From a virus: a stretch of DNA of 64,000 nucleotides. The stretch lies in the IMG/VR virus record IMGVR_UViG_3300047476_001246, one strand, 5' to 3'. Below are positions 49,664-58,795 of this stretch, one piece after another; the stretch's first letter is position 1; each line of letters opens with the position of its first letter. The position numbers were made by a program, and so were the translations under genes. A model generated the notes under the pieces. The model was not told the DNA's origin and searched no databases. It worked only from the letters and a program-made list of their open reading frames with translations.

Positions 49664-49945
49664 CTATTCAACTCCGAAATGTTCTTTAATCTGATTAGAT
49701 TTAGTTTCTACTGCCACTTGCCAACCTGTGTCAAAATATTCATCCTTGTCTAAACTGTACATTATTGTAGTGCCCGGTGGACGAGGATTATTATTTTCTA
49801 CAATACTTAAACATTCACGAACAATCAACTCGGCGAATTTGTCTAAAAAGTTGACCTGAGTTTCCCAAGAGTTATTTTGTCCACTGGGATATGCGGCTGT
49901 AGATTCCGCTGCCTTGGACCAAAGTTCTCGAATTCGTTCGTTCAT
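49664..49945 (-). CDS. MNERI...HFGVE paralogue 3
   Basis: Shared termini. Confidence 0.7.
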   Translation of the reverse strand: MNERIRELWSKAAESTAAYPSGQNNSWETQVNFLDKFAELIVRECLSIVENNNPRPPGTTIMYSLDKDEYFDTGWQVAVETKSNQIKEHFGVE

Positions 49946-49946
49946 A

Positions 49947-50153
49947 TCACATCCATTTCAAAATAAAAAGTTCCGCCGATACAGGATCGCGAAAGTAAAA
50001 GTCCATCCAGTTTTCTGTAGCATTGTAACACCATTCTTCTTGATTGCTGCCTGGTAATCCAAAGTGCTTAAAACACCAAGAGGTTATGTCTTCCCAGATG
50101 GAAAAACTTTCGTCAAAACGAATGTATCTGCGAACTCTAGTCATTGCATCCAT
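49947..50153 (-). CDS. Small hypothetical protein (C-terminal FxLxW)
   Basis: 68-aa ORF. Confidence 0.55.
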   Translation of the reverse strand: MDAMTRVRRYIRFDESFSIWEDITSWCFKHFGLPGSNQEEWCYNATENWMDFYFRDPVSAELFILKWM

Positions 50154-50308
50154 CGTAGTGCAAAGAATGTAGCATCTTCAGGATTGTCAAATTCAAATTC
50201 ATAACGATCAGCCGGAAACTGATGCTGGACACCAAAGTATGTAATATGCCCTTTGGCCCAACAAATAGCATCGTATGCTCGGTTAGTAGGTATAGAGATT
50301 TTGTACAT
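50141..50308 (-). CDS. Small hypothetical protein (C-terminal FxLxW)
   Basis: Manual translation MYKISIPT...DATFFALRWMQ behind a TAGACC-N17-TACAAT promoter. Confidence 0.55.
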   Translation of the reverse strand: MYKISIPTNRAYDAICWAKGHITYFGVQHQFPADRYEFEFDNPEDATFFALRWMQ

Positions 50309-50340
50309 AGTGCTATTGTAGCAGAAACAGGATTTATGGT

Positions 50341-50709
50341 CTACTGCTTTCGAAGGATATCAAAAGTCTGTTGTTTTTCTAGCAACTTTCTTTCCAGCTC
50401 AACATACTGCATACGCAATTGGTGCAGTTCTTCCCAATCCTGCTCGAGCTTTTCGTTTGGTACCAAGATGGCCAAGCGTTCTTCAATCCGTGTAAGCGTT
50501 TCATCAATGCTGCGCCCTCGAACTCGCACATCACCCGCGAATTCAGCATCACCATTGACTTTGAGCTTGCTTTGTATGTCGGTCCACGCCGTATTAATAG
50601 ATCGATTGTTGGCAATAGCGTATCCAGTGCCGGCGGTACCCGGCCCAGTACTTTGTACATAAAGATTTCCCGACGCTGCTGTTGGTTTAAGTGGAATCGT
50701 TGTGGTCAT
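50341..50709 (-). CDS. Hypothetical protein
   Basis: 122 aa, C-terminal coiled coil. Confidence 0.65.
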   Translation of the reverse strand: MTTTIPLKPTAASGNLYVQSTGPGTAGTGYAIANNRSINTAWTDIQSKLKVNGDAEFAGDVRVRGRSIDETLTRIEERLAILVPNEKLEQDWEELHQLRMQYVELERKLLEKQQTFDILRKQ

Positions 50710-50933
50710 TTAATTTTCACCGTACTGTCTCTTCTAATCCAATTTATTCTACGATGCGGATCAGATTCACGCCATACTCCAATAAATGGTTCACCGTCAA
50801 TGTCCTTTTCGTACACTGTACTAGTGGTAAAAATTTCGTTGGTGCGAAGATTTTTTACTCGATAAATTTTTTCAGGTTTTCGCATGATATCACCTCGTGT
50901 TGTATTTTAGCAAATAAAGATTGTGCGGTCAAT

Positions 50934-50961
50934 AAAAAACGGACCTGAGTCCGTTTTATTT
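50934..50961. terminator. Intrinsic terminator, probably bidirectional
   Basis: AAAACGGAC-CTGA-GTCCGTTTT with A/T tails. Confidence 0.7.
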
Positions 50962-51120
50962 GTTCTTTTGTTGGTACCGGTATTCTCTACGCAACCACCA
51001 CCGGTATCTTACCCAATATTCTTTTAATGTGTAAGGCAGTTCTTGATGGTCCTCGTGTTCTCTACAATTTTCTAACCAGATAAGTCTCAACCAATTTTTA
51101 AAATTTGAATTAGGCATCGC

Positions 51121-51294
51121 TGGCTCCCAGAATTGGTGTCGGGCTACTGATCCTCATCAGCCCCCAACTGAGTTGTTGCCCTGTCCCCTGACGGTCCTTA
51201 TGGATTGTGCCAGCTAAACCTACGATTTTTCTTGCACTCCTATATGGAGCTCTGAGGCTATCATCGTATGAGCCCTGGCATTCTGGTGAAGCCA
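51121..51294 (-). ncRNA. Structured ncRNA A (possibly manA-like)
   Basis: Closed by TGGCTTCACCAGAAT/ATTCTGGGAGCCA; contains GGACAGGGCAACAACTC shared with 62225-62241. Confidence 0.55.
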
Positions 51295-51333
51295 ACATAC
51301 CCCCTATTATTAACGAGTAGGGATCCCGAGGTT

Positions 51334-51558
51334 CTATGCTAGGCGACCTAGGCCTTGGTATATTAGTTTGTCTAGTTCTGTTTGATAGTCTTGACCTGTT
51401 CTACGTTTTTCATATAGAGCAGTTAGTAAATCTTTGATGTCAAACTCATCTTCGATGGTGTGTCCACGTGATTCAAGTTCAACGATCAAATCATCTGTGT
51501 CAAAGTCTTCAAGATCGACTTCAACTTCAACTTCTTGATATACAGTTCTAGATACCAT
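51334..51558 (-). CDS. Small acidic hypothetical protein
   Basis: 74-aa ORF. Confidence 0.6.
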   Translation of the reverse strand: MVSRTVYQEVEVEVDLEDFDTDDLIVELESRGHTIEDEFDIKDLLTALYEKRRTGQDYQTELDKLIYQGLGRLA

Positions 51559-51573
51559 TATACTCTCTTTAAT

Positions 51574-51649
51574 TGGTTGCGGGAGGAGGAATCGAACCTA
51601 CCATCTGAGAGCTTATGAGACTCCCGTGCGACCACTACACTTTCCCGCG
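51574..51649 (-). tRNA. tRNA-Met(CAT), initiator-like
   Basis: Cloverleaf, C1:A72 mismatch, CCA end. Confidence 0.85.
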
Positions 51650-51832
51650 ATTGATCTGTTGGGGCTTATCGTCCCCGGATGTCCGTACCTTAGAGCGTCC
51701 TCTAAGTTCACTAGTAAATTCTAGCCATATCAACAACTACAGACCGGACTATTCTTTATTTAAATCGTTTTAGGATTTGTTTAATCTTCCATTTGATGTA
51801 ATAAGGTATTTCACGCAATGGAATAGCAAACA

Positions 51833-52018
51833 TTACACACTCCTATTTTCTCTACGGAAAGTCAAGTATTCATCAAACGCCACTGCCACCCAGCCGCAGA
51901 AAGCCATGAAATAACCACTAATGGCCATACTGTTATTGGCACCATACGCTGCTACTATATTTAGAATACACATCAGTACAATCACAAATGGCAGACCTAC
52001 TCGAACATATTTCAACAT
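51833..52018 (-). CDS. Two-TM membrane protein
   Basis: Start MLKYVRVG behind AAGGAG. Confidence 0.55.
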   Translation of the reverse strand: MLKYVRVGLPFVIVLMCILNIVAAYGANNSMAISGYFMAFCGWVAVAFDEYLTFRRENRSV

Positions 52019-52045
52019 TTCAAACTCCTTGAAAATAAAAAGTTT

Positions 52046-52119
52046 TGGCTCCGGTGGAGGGAATCGAACCCCCACTAACGGTTTTGGAGACCGTCGCACT
52101 GCCATTATACTACACCGGA
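52046..52119 (-). tRNA. tRNA-Trp(CCA)
   Basis: Cloverleaf, CCA end. Confidence 0.92.
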
Positions 52120-52124
52120 ACGGA

Positions 52125-52391
52125 TCATTTGTTATCGTTATTAACGATATTGCTCAACATTGTTTCGCGTCGTTCTTGCATTTCGCGAACTGTTTCTTCG
52201 TTTTCTAACTGACTCAAATTGATAGAATATATAACCCAGACGCCACCAGCAAAAAACGATAACACAAACAGATTAAAAAGTGTATCTGCATCCAACTGAA
52301 ATAATGCTACTAACACAATCGGGATCATGGTAGCAATAGCTAGCATCCCGGCGGTACGACCTGCTGCACGAACTTTGATATTCATCGACAA
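52125..52391 (-). CDS. Two-TM membrane protein
   Basis: Hydrophobic ORF behind TTGACA-N17-TATAAT (52417-52445). Confidence 0.6.
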   Translation of the reverse strand: MSMNIKVRAAGRTAGMLAIATMIPIVLVALFQLDADTLFNLFVLSFFAGGVWVIYSINLSQLENEETVREMQERRETMLSNIVNNDNK

Positions 52392-52477
52392 CTCCTACTT
52401 AGTTAATATACTTCATATTATACTTGAAGTGCTATTTTCTGTCAACCACTGATTTTTTGTTGCTATTTTGTTAACTT

Positions 52478-52567
52478 TGGCGGAAGCGGTGAGATTCGAA
52501 CTCACGGTACCTTTCGGTACGTCTGTTTTCAAGACAGGTGCAATCAGCCAGGCTCTGCCACACTTCC
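52478..52567 (-). tRNA. tRNA-Ser(TGA)
   Basis: Long variable arm, G73, CCA end. Confidence 0.92.
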
Positions 52568-52924
52568 GTATAACTTACCGTGTTCTTCTCTATGACAATT
52601 TGAGCATAAAAGAACACATTTATCTAGTTCAGCAAAAAGTTTTTCTCGCTTGAACTTTCTTAAACCTTTAGGATCTTTTTGCTTAGGATCCTTATGATGA
52701 AACTCTAATGCGCCGCGATACTTGTTATATCCGCAATGCTCGCATTTTCCGCCTTTATAGGCTAATGCCTCATCTCTTACTTGTAATCTATATTGTTCTT
52801 GCTGTATTCCAAAACAAGAATAACATTGACTTTTCATTTTGCCATAAAACTTTTTGGGATCTTGTTCTCCACAAGTTTCGCAATGATGTAATTTTTTAAC
52901 AATACCTTTTAATGGCGAGCCCAT
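52544..52924 (-). mobile_element. HNH homing endonuclease associated with tRNA-Ser
   Basis: CxxC, CEHCG, LEFHH, LCSNCH; stop lies inside the tRNA 5' end. Confidence 0.8.
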
Positions 52925-52970
52925 AAGTTTAATCTCCTTAAACTTATTTATCATTTTATTGTAAATTATA

Positions 52971-52995
52971 ATAAACCGGACTCTGCCACACTTCC
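52971..52995 (-). repeat. Orphan tRNA-Ser 5' fragment
   Basis: GGAAGTGTGGCAGAG identical to first 15 nt of tRNA-Ser(TGA). Confidence 0.8.
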
Positions 52996-52998
52996 AAA

Positions 52999-53235
52999 TT
53001 ACTTGGACCAGGTCATAACAAACAATGTTCGATCCTGATCCCACTTAAATGCTACGCCGATATTATAGAGAATGCTACAGTCATCGTAGGCCCAAGTTGC
53101 ATATCTTGCTCCTACGCACTGTTTTAACCAATCCTCTACAGTAATTAAACTTTTGACCCAATCAATTTGACAAGAATCAAAATTGGGCCACGGGATAGTT
53201 GCATGATATTGGAATTTGTGCCAATCCACTAACAT
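52999..53235 (-). CDS. Hypothetical protein
   Basis: Likely start MLVDWHKF after TAAATA. Confidence 0.55.
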   Translation of the reverse strand: MLVDWHKFQYHATIPWPNFDSCQIDWVKSLITVEDWLKQCVGARYATWAYDDCSILYNIGVAFKWDQDRTLFVMTWSK

Positions 53236-53246
53236 GCAAATATTTA

Positions 53247-53324
53247 TGGAGCATCGAGCTGGATTCGAACCAGCGGCTTTAGAGTTTTGCAGACTCTTGC
53301 ATTGGGCCACTCTGCCATCGATGC
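53247..53324 (-). tRNA. tRNA-Cys(GCA)
   Basis: Cloverleaf, U73, CCA end. Confidence 0.92.
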
Positions 53325-53331
53325 ATAATAC

Positions 53332-53406
53332 TGGTCCGGCGTGAGGGAATCGAACCCCCATTAAGAGTTTAGAAGACTCCTGTCCTATCCGTTGAACGAA
53401 CGCCAG
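53332..53406 (-). tRNA. tRNA-Arg(TCT)
   Basis: Cloverleaf, CCA end. Confidence 0.92.
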
Positions 53407-53413
53407 TATTACT

Positions 53414-53491
53414 TGGTGGGCCTTGTTGGAGTCGAACCAACTACCACCCGATTATGAGTCGGATGCTCTAACCACCGTGAGCTAAAGGCCC
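53414..53491 (-). tRNA. tRNA-Ile2/Met(CAT)
   Basis: CAT anticodon; GGGCCT acceptor resembles Ile2. Confidence 0.85.
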
Positions 53492-53499
53492 TACAAACT

Positions 53500-53582
53500 T
53501 GGTACCCGAGGCCGGACTCGAACCGGCACGCCATAAGCGGGAGATTTTAAGTCTCCTGTGTCTACCATTCCACCACTCGGGC
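53500..53582 (-). tRNA. tRNA-Leu(TAA)
   Basis: Variable arm, CCA end. Confidence 0.92.
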
Positions 53583-53591
53583 ATTCTAAAC

Positions 53592-53668
53592 TGGTCGGAG
53601 ATGCAGGGATCGAACCTGCGACCTCTCGCTCCCAAAGCGAGCGCACTACCAGGCTGTGCTAATCTCCG
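53592..53668 (-). tRNA. tRNA-Pro(TGG)
   Basis: Cloverleaf, CCA end. Confidence 0.92.
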
Positions 53669-53670
53669 TT

Positions 53671-53898
53671 TTAATCTTCTTCATCACTTGCATTAAAATA
53701 TGCAATTATTTTACTACGAGCTTCATCTTCTGTCAAGGCCGGAATAGTCACAGTAGCCAGTCCGTTCTTGATTTTTATATCAAATGGAACTACTCCACGC
53801 GGCAACCACCCATCTTCAACGGGTACAGTAATGGTAAACTCCTTCAAGTTCATCATTCTTTCTATGGCTCGTTGTGCTAAATCACTTGGATGTGGCAT
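53671..53898 (-). CDS. Hypothetical protein
   Basis: Start MPHPSD behind AAGGA. Confidence 0.55.
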   Translation of the reverse strand: MPHPSDLAQRAIERMMNLKEFTITVPVEDGWLPRGVVPFDIKIKNGLATVTIPALTEDEARSKIIAYFNASDEED

Positions 53899-53910
53899 AA
53901 TAAAATCCTT

Positions 53911-53984
53911 TGGTGCCCTTTGACAGAATCGAACTGCCAATAGATGATTACAAATCAACTGTTATACCATTTAACTAAAAGGGC
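53911..53984 (-). tRNA. tRNA-Thr(TGT)
   Basis: Cloverleaf, CCA end. Confidence 0.9.
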
Positions 53985-53991
53985 AAAAACT

Positions 53992-54083
53992 TGGCGGAGC
54001 GTATTGGATTCGAACCAATGATACCCTTATGAGGTATGCTTTCTTAGCAGGAAAGTGCCTTCGACCAACTCGGCCAACGCTCC
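53992..54083 (-). tRNA. tRNA-Ser(GCT)
   Basis: Long variable arm, CCA end. Confidence 0.92.
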
Positions 54084-54126
54084 AGTAATCTTACTTATTA
54101 AGTATATTATACAGCATTGCTTCTTT

Positions 54127-54798
54127 TCAAGCAACTATTTTTTTACGTATTGTAGTCCAAAGTTGATCAATTTGATTGGCATAATCAGCTTCTTCAGGAA
54201 CTACATCTACAAATTCTCCATATCTAGCCCCCGTAAAGTTTTTTTCAACTCGAGTAAAGGGCAACTCTTCTTCTAACATTTTTCCTCGAAAACGGTCATA
54301 GGCTTGATTAAAAACCGACGTCCATAATTCTAATCCTCGACCTGCTGCAATGTTTATACCAAGTTCGGGTATGGCAAAATGATGATCCCACAATGCAGTC
54401 CAATCATCATTGATGTTGTTGATATAATCAACTACTCTTTTGGTCAAAACAAATGCATCAGATTCGATGTTTACAATTTTATCAAAATTGTATTTTGCAG
54501 CATAATCTGTTGCTGTTTGCATACTTCTAAACAAACCTGGATACTCAAACGGTGCCGGGGATCCGAGGTTATCATTGTGATGAAACAGTACAACATTGTG
54601 ATTGGGCTGCACATCAGGTAAATCGTAAATCACTTCGCAATCAATATCCAGCGGTAGCGTTGGTGAACCATCGTCGACTATAAGTATTTGATCAAACTCT
54701 AATCCTACGGTACTGTGATAGTCCAACCAACGCTTCCATCTGTGGTTCCATAGTCCTTGCGAATCAGCAAAGCTAGCACAAAATAGCAAGGTCTTCAT
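54127..54798 (-). CDS. Glycosyltransferase-like protein
   Basis: IVDDGS and IESDAF motifs. Confidence 0.6.
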   Translation of the reverse strand: MKTLLFCASFADSQGLWNHRWKRWLDYHSTVGLEFDQILIVDDGSPTLPLDIDCEVIYDLPDVQPNHNVVLFHHNDNLGSPAPFEYPGLFRSMQTATDYAAKYNFDKIVNIESDAFVLTKRVVDYINNINDDWTALWDHHFAIPELGINIAAGRGLELWTSVFNQAYDRFRGKMLEEELPFTRVEKNFTGARYGEFVDVVPEEADYANQIDQLWTTIRKKIVA

Positions 54799-55400
54799 TA
54801 CATTGCAGGACCATTGCCATTGCGAAAACCTACTGTACCACCTTCGGCTTCGATACGCTTGATAACATCTTCAAACAAGATAGGTGCAAAGTCTGTCTGT
54901 TCAACGCAGACGCAATGATAGCGAGGGTCAATCTTTTCTTTTACTCCCCACTCCACGAACTCTGCGGTAGAACTGGCTCGACGCATTACACGGTTAGCAT
55001 GCAAGTGTCCGTGAATGTTAACACCAAACCTACCAAGGCTGTCCTCATGAATAGGAATATGACTTAAAATCATTCCGTTCATGACATGATATGCCCGAAG
55101 CTCACGAAAATACTTGCGGTACTCGTCGTCGCGGAAGATGTCGTGGTTGCCTCTAATTAACACTTTGTCGCCGTTTAAACGACTCAATGTTTCAAGGCTT
55201 CGACGATTGATAACAACATCGCCCAGGTGGTAAACTTTATCATTGGGTCTAACACGCTCGTTCCATGCTGCTACCATAAACTCATCCATTTCCTCCGGGC
55301 TCTCCCAAGGGCGCAGTTTCGTCACTCCATCGTTCCGCATAAAGCGGCAAACACCAGCGTGACCAAAATGCGTGTCACTGACTAAAAACACTGCTGGCAT
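54798..55400 (-). CDS. Calcineurin-like metallophosphoesterase
   Basis: SDTHFGH, HLGD, GNHD, HGHLH. Confidence 0.88.
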   Translation of the reverse strand: MPAVFLVSDTHFGHAGVCRFMRNDGVTKLRPWESPEEMDEFMVAAWNERVRPNDKVYHLGDVVINRRSLETLSRLNGDKVLIRGNHDIFRDDEYRKYFRELRAYHVMNGMILSHIPIHEDSLGRFGVNIHGHLHANRVMRRASSTAEFVEWGVKEKIDPRYHCVCVEQTDFAPILFEDVIKRIEAEGGTVGFRNGNGPAM

Positions 55401-55413
55401 TTGGTTCTCCTTA

Positions 55414-55842
55414 TTAAAAATCTTCGCGAACTTCGCGAAACGAAGTAGGGTCTGCATCCGGGTTAGTATCGACTTCAAAAGATCCACCGTAATAGCCGTT
55501 GTGGCTATTACGCACTTCAAAGTCAATATATCCGCGATCAGTTTTCAAAGTAAAGAAACCATCTTGGATAACGTCCCATTCGTCCTCATCAGTTCGATTT
55601 TCGCCCCAACCTTTATCTTCTGCTCCGGTCACTAGTGCTCCACGCAGGATGTCAAAAGTATTACCTTCTCCTAGCACATTCACACCAGTCATGTGATTGA
55701 TCCACACAGTATTGCAACAGTCTCCAGAAGTGTAGTAATGAAATTCCTGACCGTTGATTGTACGCACAATCAACCGGTTATTGTCGTCATTCAGGAGAAT
55801 GCTGTTAATACGCTCCCCTACTAAATTTTTAAACACGCTCAC
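55414..55842 (-). CDS. Hypothetical phage protein
   Basis: DCC and SHNGYYGG motifs; GGAGG RBS. Confidence 0.65.
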   Translation of the reverse strand: MSVFKNLVGERINSILLNDDNNRLIVRTINGQEFHYYTSGDCCNTVWINHMTGVNVLGEGNTFDILRGALVTGAEDKGWGENRTDEDEWDVIQDGFFTLKTDRGYIDFEVRNSHNGYYGGSFEVDTNPDADPTSFREVREDF

Positions 55843-55856
55843 AGCACCCTCCTTTC

Positions 55857-56144
55857 TTATATATCAGCTATTTGCACTTTTAATATTGCAGCGGTTAAGT
55901 CTGCTTCATTTTTTACACCGATCCAATAGGTCGGACGATCACGCCGTGGTTGTTTGTAATAGCCCCATGGGGCGTCTTGATAGACTCTTTTCCACCATAT
56001 GTTCCATGGTTGAACTCCGCTGTACATCTCCGACAATGCTCGCTTTACGGCATCGGACTCTCGGCCTTCTTTGTTGAATCTAAGGGCATGAGTAAAGCCG
56101 TATTGTGCTAATACATACCTACGATTCAATTTAATTACTTTCAT
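55857..56144 (-). CDS. Hypothetical protein, paralogue of 58264-58551
   Basis: Near-identical protein sequence. Confidence 0.7.
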   Translation of the reverse strand: MKVIKLNRRYVLAQYGFTHALRFNKEGRESDAVKRALSEMYSGVQPWNIWWKRVYQDAPWGYYKQPRRDRPTYWIGVKNEADLTAAILKVQIADI

Positions 56145-56146
56145 TA

Positions 56147-56461
56147 TTATGATACTACCAACTCTTTAGCCGGGTATTCAATCTTGCCTTCATACTCGAG
56201 CTGGCTGCGCTCAAACTCGGTCAGGTAATCGTCTTCAACAACTTCCCAAGCCAGAATATGTTCGCGATAGTAGCCACCATTTCTTTCGATCTGCGGAGCC
56301 ACTTGATCAACTAATTCTGCTGCAACACCGACATTGATGTTTTTAACCACATATTCGCAACCGCCCTTGGCTTTCCAATACTCAGGAACTTGGCCTTCAC
56401 CGTCCCAATCATGGGCACCGTAGTTTTCGTAGACTTGGGTAATAATAAGCAGTTTAGACAT
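56147..56461 (-). CDS. Hypothetical phage protein
   Basis: TQVYENYGAHDWDG...YWKAKGG. Confidence 0.7.
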   Translation of the reverse strand: MSKLLIITQVYENYGAHDWDGEGQVPEYWKAKGGCEYVVKNINVGVAAELVDQVAPQIERNGGYYREHILAWEVVEDDYLTEFERSQLEYEGKIEYPAKELVVS

Positions 56462-56697
56462 TTCGGCGCTCCTGATTAGATATTAAACCAATTCAACAAG
56501 TCATCTTCAACTTGCAAAAAACCAGCAGTATAACCAGCACCTACCCAATATTTGATTGAACGATATCGACGACCGTCTTGTCCAATCCAGGAATCGCTAA
56601 TAATTGGTGCTCGTTTCATTCGCTGCTCCTTGTCGTTCACTATACATACATTATAGCAAAATGGGTCTTTTTGGTCTACCAAAATACGTGTTGCTAT

Positions 56698-56901
56698 TCA
56701 AGCAACAAAATCGTACACATAATTGGCGCCAACTTTACTAGGCTTTACCTTAAAGTCAAACTCGCGGCACAGAGTAGAAAACACACGACGGGCGGTGTTT
56801 TCGGTCACATCTTCAAGAAACAAGGAGCCGTTGTAAAATTCAGCACGGCCTTCGTTAAGCACTGGGGAGATTAGGTCAAGTACTCGGGATTCGAATGCCA
56901 T
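56698..56901 (-). CDS. Hypothetical early protein
   Basis: Behind TTGCTC-N17-TATAAT (56933-56961). Confidence 0.6.
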   Translation of the reverse strand: MAFESRVLDLISPVLNEGRAEFYNGSLFLEDVTENTARRVFSTLCREFDFKVKPSKVGANYVYDFVA

Positions 56902-57001
56902 TTTGCTACTCCTTGTTAATTACTATACTTGTATTATAGCAAAATGGCAATTTATGAGCAACCAAAATGTTTTGTTGCTAAAAAGCAACAAATGTTGCAT
57001 T

Positions 57002-57601
57002 TTATGTAATACTTGCTCTATTAGCAACAACTTGGTCTGCTAGGCCGTATGCAACCGCTTGTTCGGCGCTCATAAAGTAATCACGCTCCATGTCTTCGCG
57101 CAGTTCATCATAGGTCTTGCCTACGCTGTTGTGCTTGACATAGATACCAGTAAGGTTGCGCTTCATCTCCAGGATCTCACGCACTTGGATTTCCATGTCT
57201 GTGGCTTGACCTCGAGCACCACCACTTGGTTGGTGAATCATGTGTCTAGCATTGGGCAGAATAAAACGCTTGCCTGCTGCACCTGCTTGTGCCAACAGCG
57301 AACCCATTGAGCAGGCTTGTCCCATCACAATAGTATTCACATCTGGTCGAATGAACTGCATAGCATCATAAATTGCCATGCCAGCTGTCACTGATCCACC
57401 TGGGCTATTGATCCATAGGTTAATATCCCGATCCGGATCTTCACTTTCAAGATACAGCAATTGTGCAACAATCAAATTGGCCATTTGATCATGTACTTCT
57501 CCCTCTAGTAGGACCACACGCTCTTTTAGCAATCTGCTATAGATATCATAGCTACGTTCGCCTTTACTAGTTTGTTCTACAACCATGGGCACTAATGGCA
57601 A
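57002..57601 (-). CDS. clpP: ATP-dependent Clp protease proteolytic subunit
   Basis: [29 protein letters not shown]. Confidence 0.95.
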   Translation of the reverse strand: MPLVPMVVEQTSKGERSYDIYSRLLKERVVLLEGEVHDQMANLIVAQLLYLESEDPDRDINLWINSPGGSVTAGMAIYDAMQFIRPDVNTIVMGQACSMGSLLAQAGAAGKRFILPNARHMIHQPSGGARGQATDMEIQVREILEMKRNLTGIYVKHNSVGKTYDELREDMERDYFMSAEQAVAYGLADQVVANRASIT

Positions 57602-57618
57602 TTTATTCTCCTTGATAA

Positions 57619-58071
57619 TTATGGATTTACTACAAATTCAGTTAACTCTAATACACCTAGATCTTCAAAATAACCCGATGCTGGGCTTGATACTTTTACT
57701 AACTTGCCTGTGTCTGAGTAAAACTCTACAGTGTATGCGTCGCAGGCATTCTCTTCCCAAATTTTTCTAGCAGCTTCGGCAGCACCACGATCTCGAAATA
57801 CCCACAGTATTTCACCTCGTCCGGTTTCGTGTCCAAATGTGTCGCCGGTACGATAAGTCATCCAAAGAACATACACACGGTCGCCTGGGCCCACGTCAAA
57901 GTCTGTGGTAAATTCTTCAATATCGTATCCGAGACCCTGCCAACCAGCTAAAGTTGATAGCCCGACTGAGCGAACATCGTATTCCCATTCACGGTGCCAA
58001 TCACCGTATTCTTCGCCATCCCAGTAATCTTCCAAACATCGCTCATGATAGTTTACATACAGCTTCATCAC
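57619..58071 (-). CDS. Hypothetical protein
   Basis: 150-aa coupled ORF. Confidence 0.6.
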   Translation of the reverse strand: MMKLYVNYHERCLEDYWDGEEYGDWHREWEYDVRSVGLSTLAGWQGLGYDIEEFTTDFDVGPGDRVYVLWMTYRTGDTFGHETGRGEILWVFRDRGAAEAARKIWEENACDAYTVEFYSDTGKLVKVSSPASGYFEDLGVLELTEFVVNP

Positions 58072-58271
58072 AATCTCCGTTTTTTCCAGTTATAATCTGG
58101 ACCTACATCAGCTACACCCATTTTAGTTGCATTGTCTGGCAATTCGCTACACATAGTCACAAACTGTCTACCGCTATTACGCAAGTCTTGGCAGTAATCG
58201 AGTGCTTCTGTCATGATAGGAAATTCTTTGCCATACGATTGTTCACCGTAGGTCCAGTACACTTTAAACAT
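58068..58271 (-). CDS. Hypothetical protein
   Basis: 67-aa coupled ORF. Confidence 0.6.
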   Translation of the reverse strand: MFKVYWTYGEQSYGKEFPIMTEALDYCQDLRNSGRQFVTMCSELPDNATKMGVADVGPDYNWKKRRL

Positions 58272-58551
58272 CGTTCATCTGCGCCATTAATATTGCAGCA
58301 GTTAAGTCTGCTTCGTTTTTTACACCGATCCAATAAGTAGGACGATCCCGGCGCGGCTGTTTGTAATAGCCCCATGGTGCCGTTTGATTGGCCCATTTCC
58401 ACCAGATGTTCCATGGCGAAACACCACTGTACATTTGAGTTAATGCTTTTTTTACGGAATCAGACTCTCGACATTCGTTGTTAAATCGAAGGGCATGTGT
58501 AAAGCCGTATTGCGCTAACACGTATCTGCGAGTTAATTTTACAACTTTCAT
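58264..58551 (-). CDS. Hypothetical protein, paralogue of 55857-56144
   Basis: Start MKVVKL behind AAGGAGG. Confidence 0.7.
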   Translation of the reverse strand: MKVVKLTRRYVLAQYGFTHALRFNNECRESDSVKKALTQMYSGVSPWNIWWKWANQTAPWGYYKQPRRDRPTYWIGVKNEADLTAAILMAQMNDV

Positions 58552-58630
58552 CACACCCTCCTTTCTAGTATAATAACAAAATGGTTCTTTACGGGCAAGA
58601 AAAATGCCCATAATGGGCATTTTAAAAACA

Positions 58631-58705
58631 TGGAGCGGGTGACAGGGATCGAACCTGCGACGAACAGCTTGGAAGGCTGACACTCTACCACTGAGTTACA
58701 CCCGC
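58631..58705 (-). tRNA. tRNA-Gly(TCC)
   Basis: Cloverleaf, U73, CCA end. Confidence 0.93.
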
Positions 58706-58715
58706 ATTTGAAACT

Positions 58716-58790
58716 TGGCGGTCCCAAGGGGGATCGAACCCCTGTGTCCGGATAGACAGTCCAGCATAATGACCATTATATGATGGGACC
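58716..58790 (-). tRNA. tRNA-Asp(GTC)
   Basis: Cloverleaf; loop CTGTCTA with pyrimidine at 37. Confidence 0.85.
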
Positions 58791-58795
58791 TTGTT

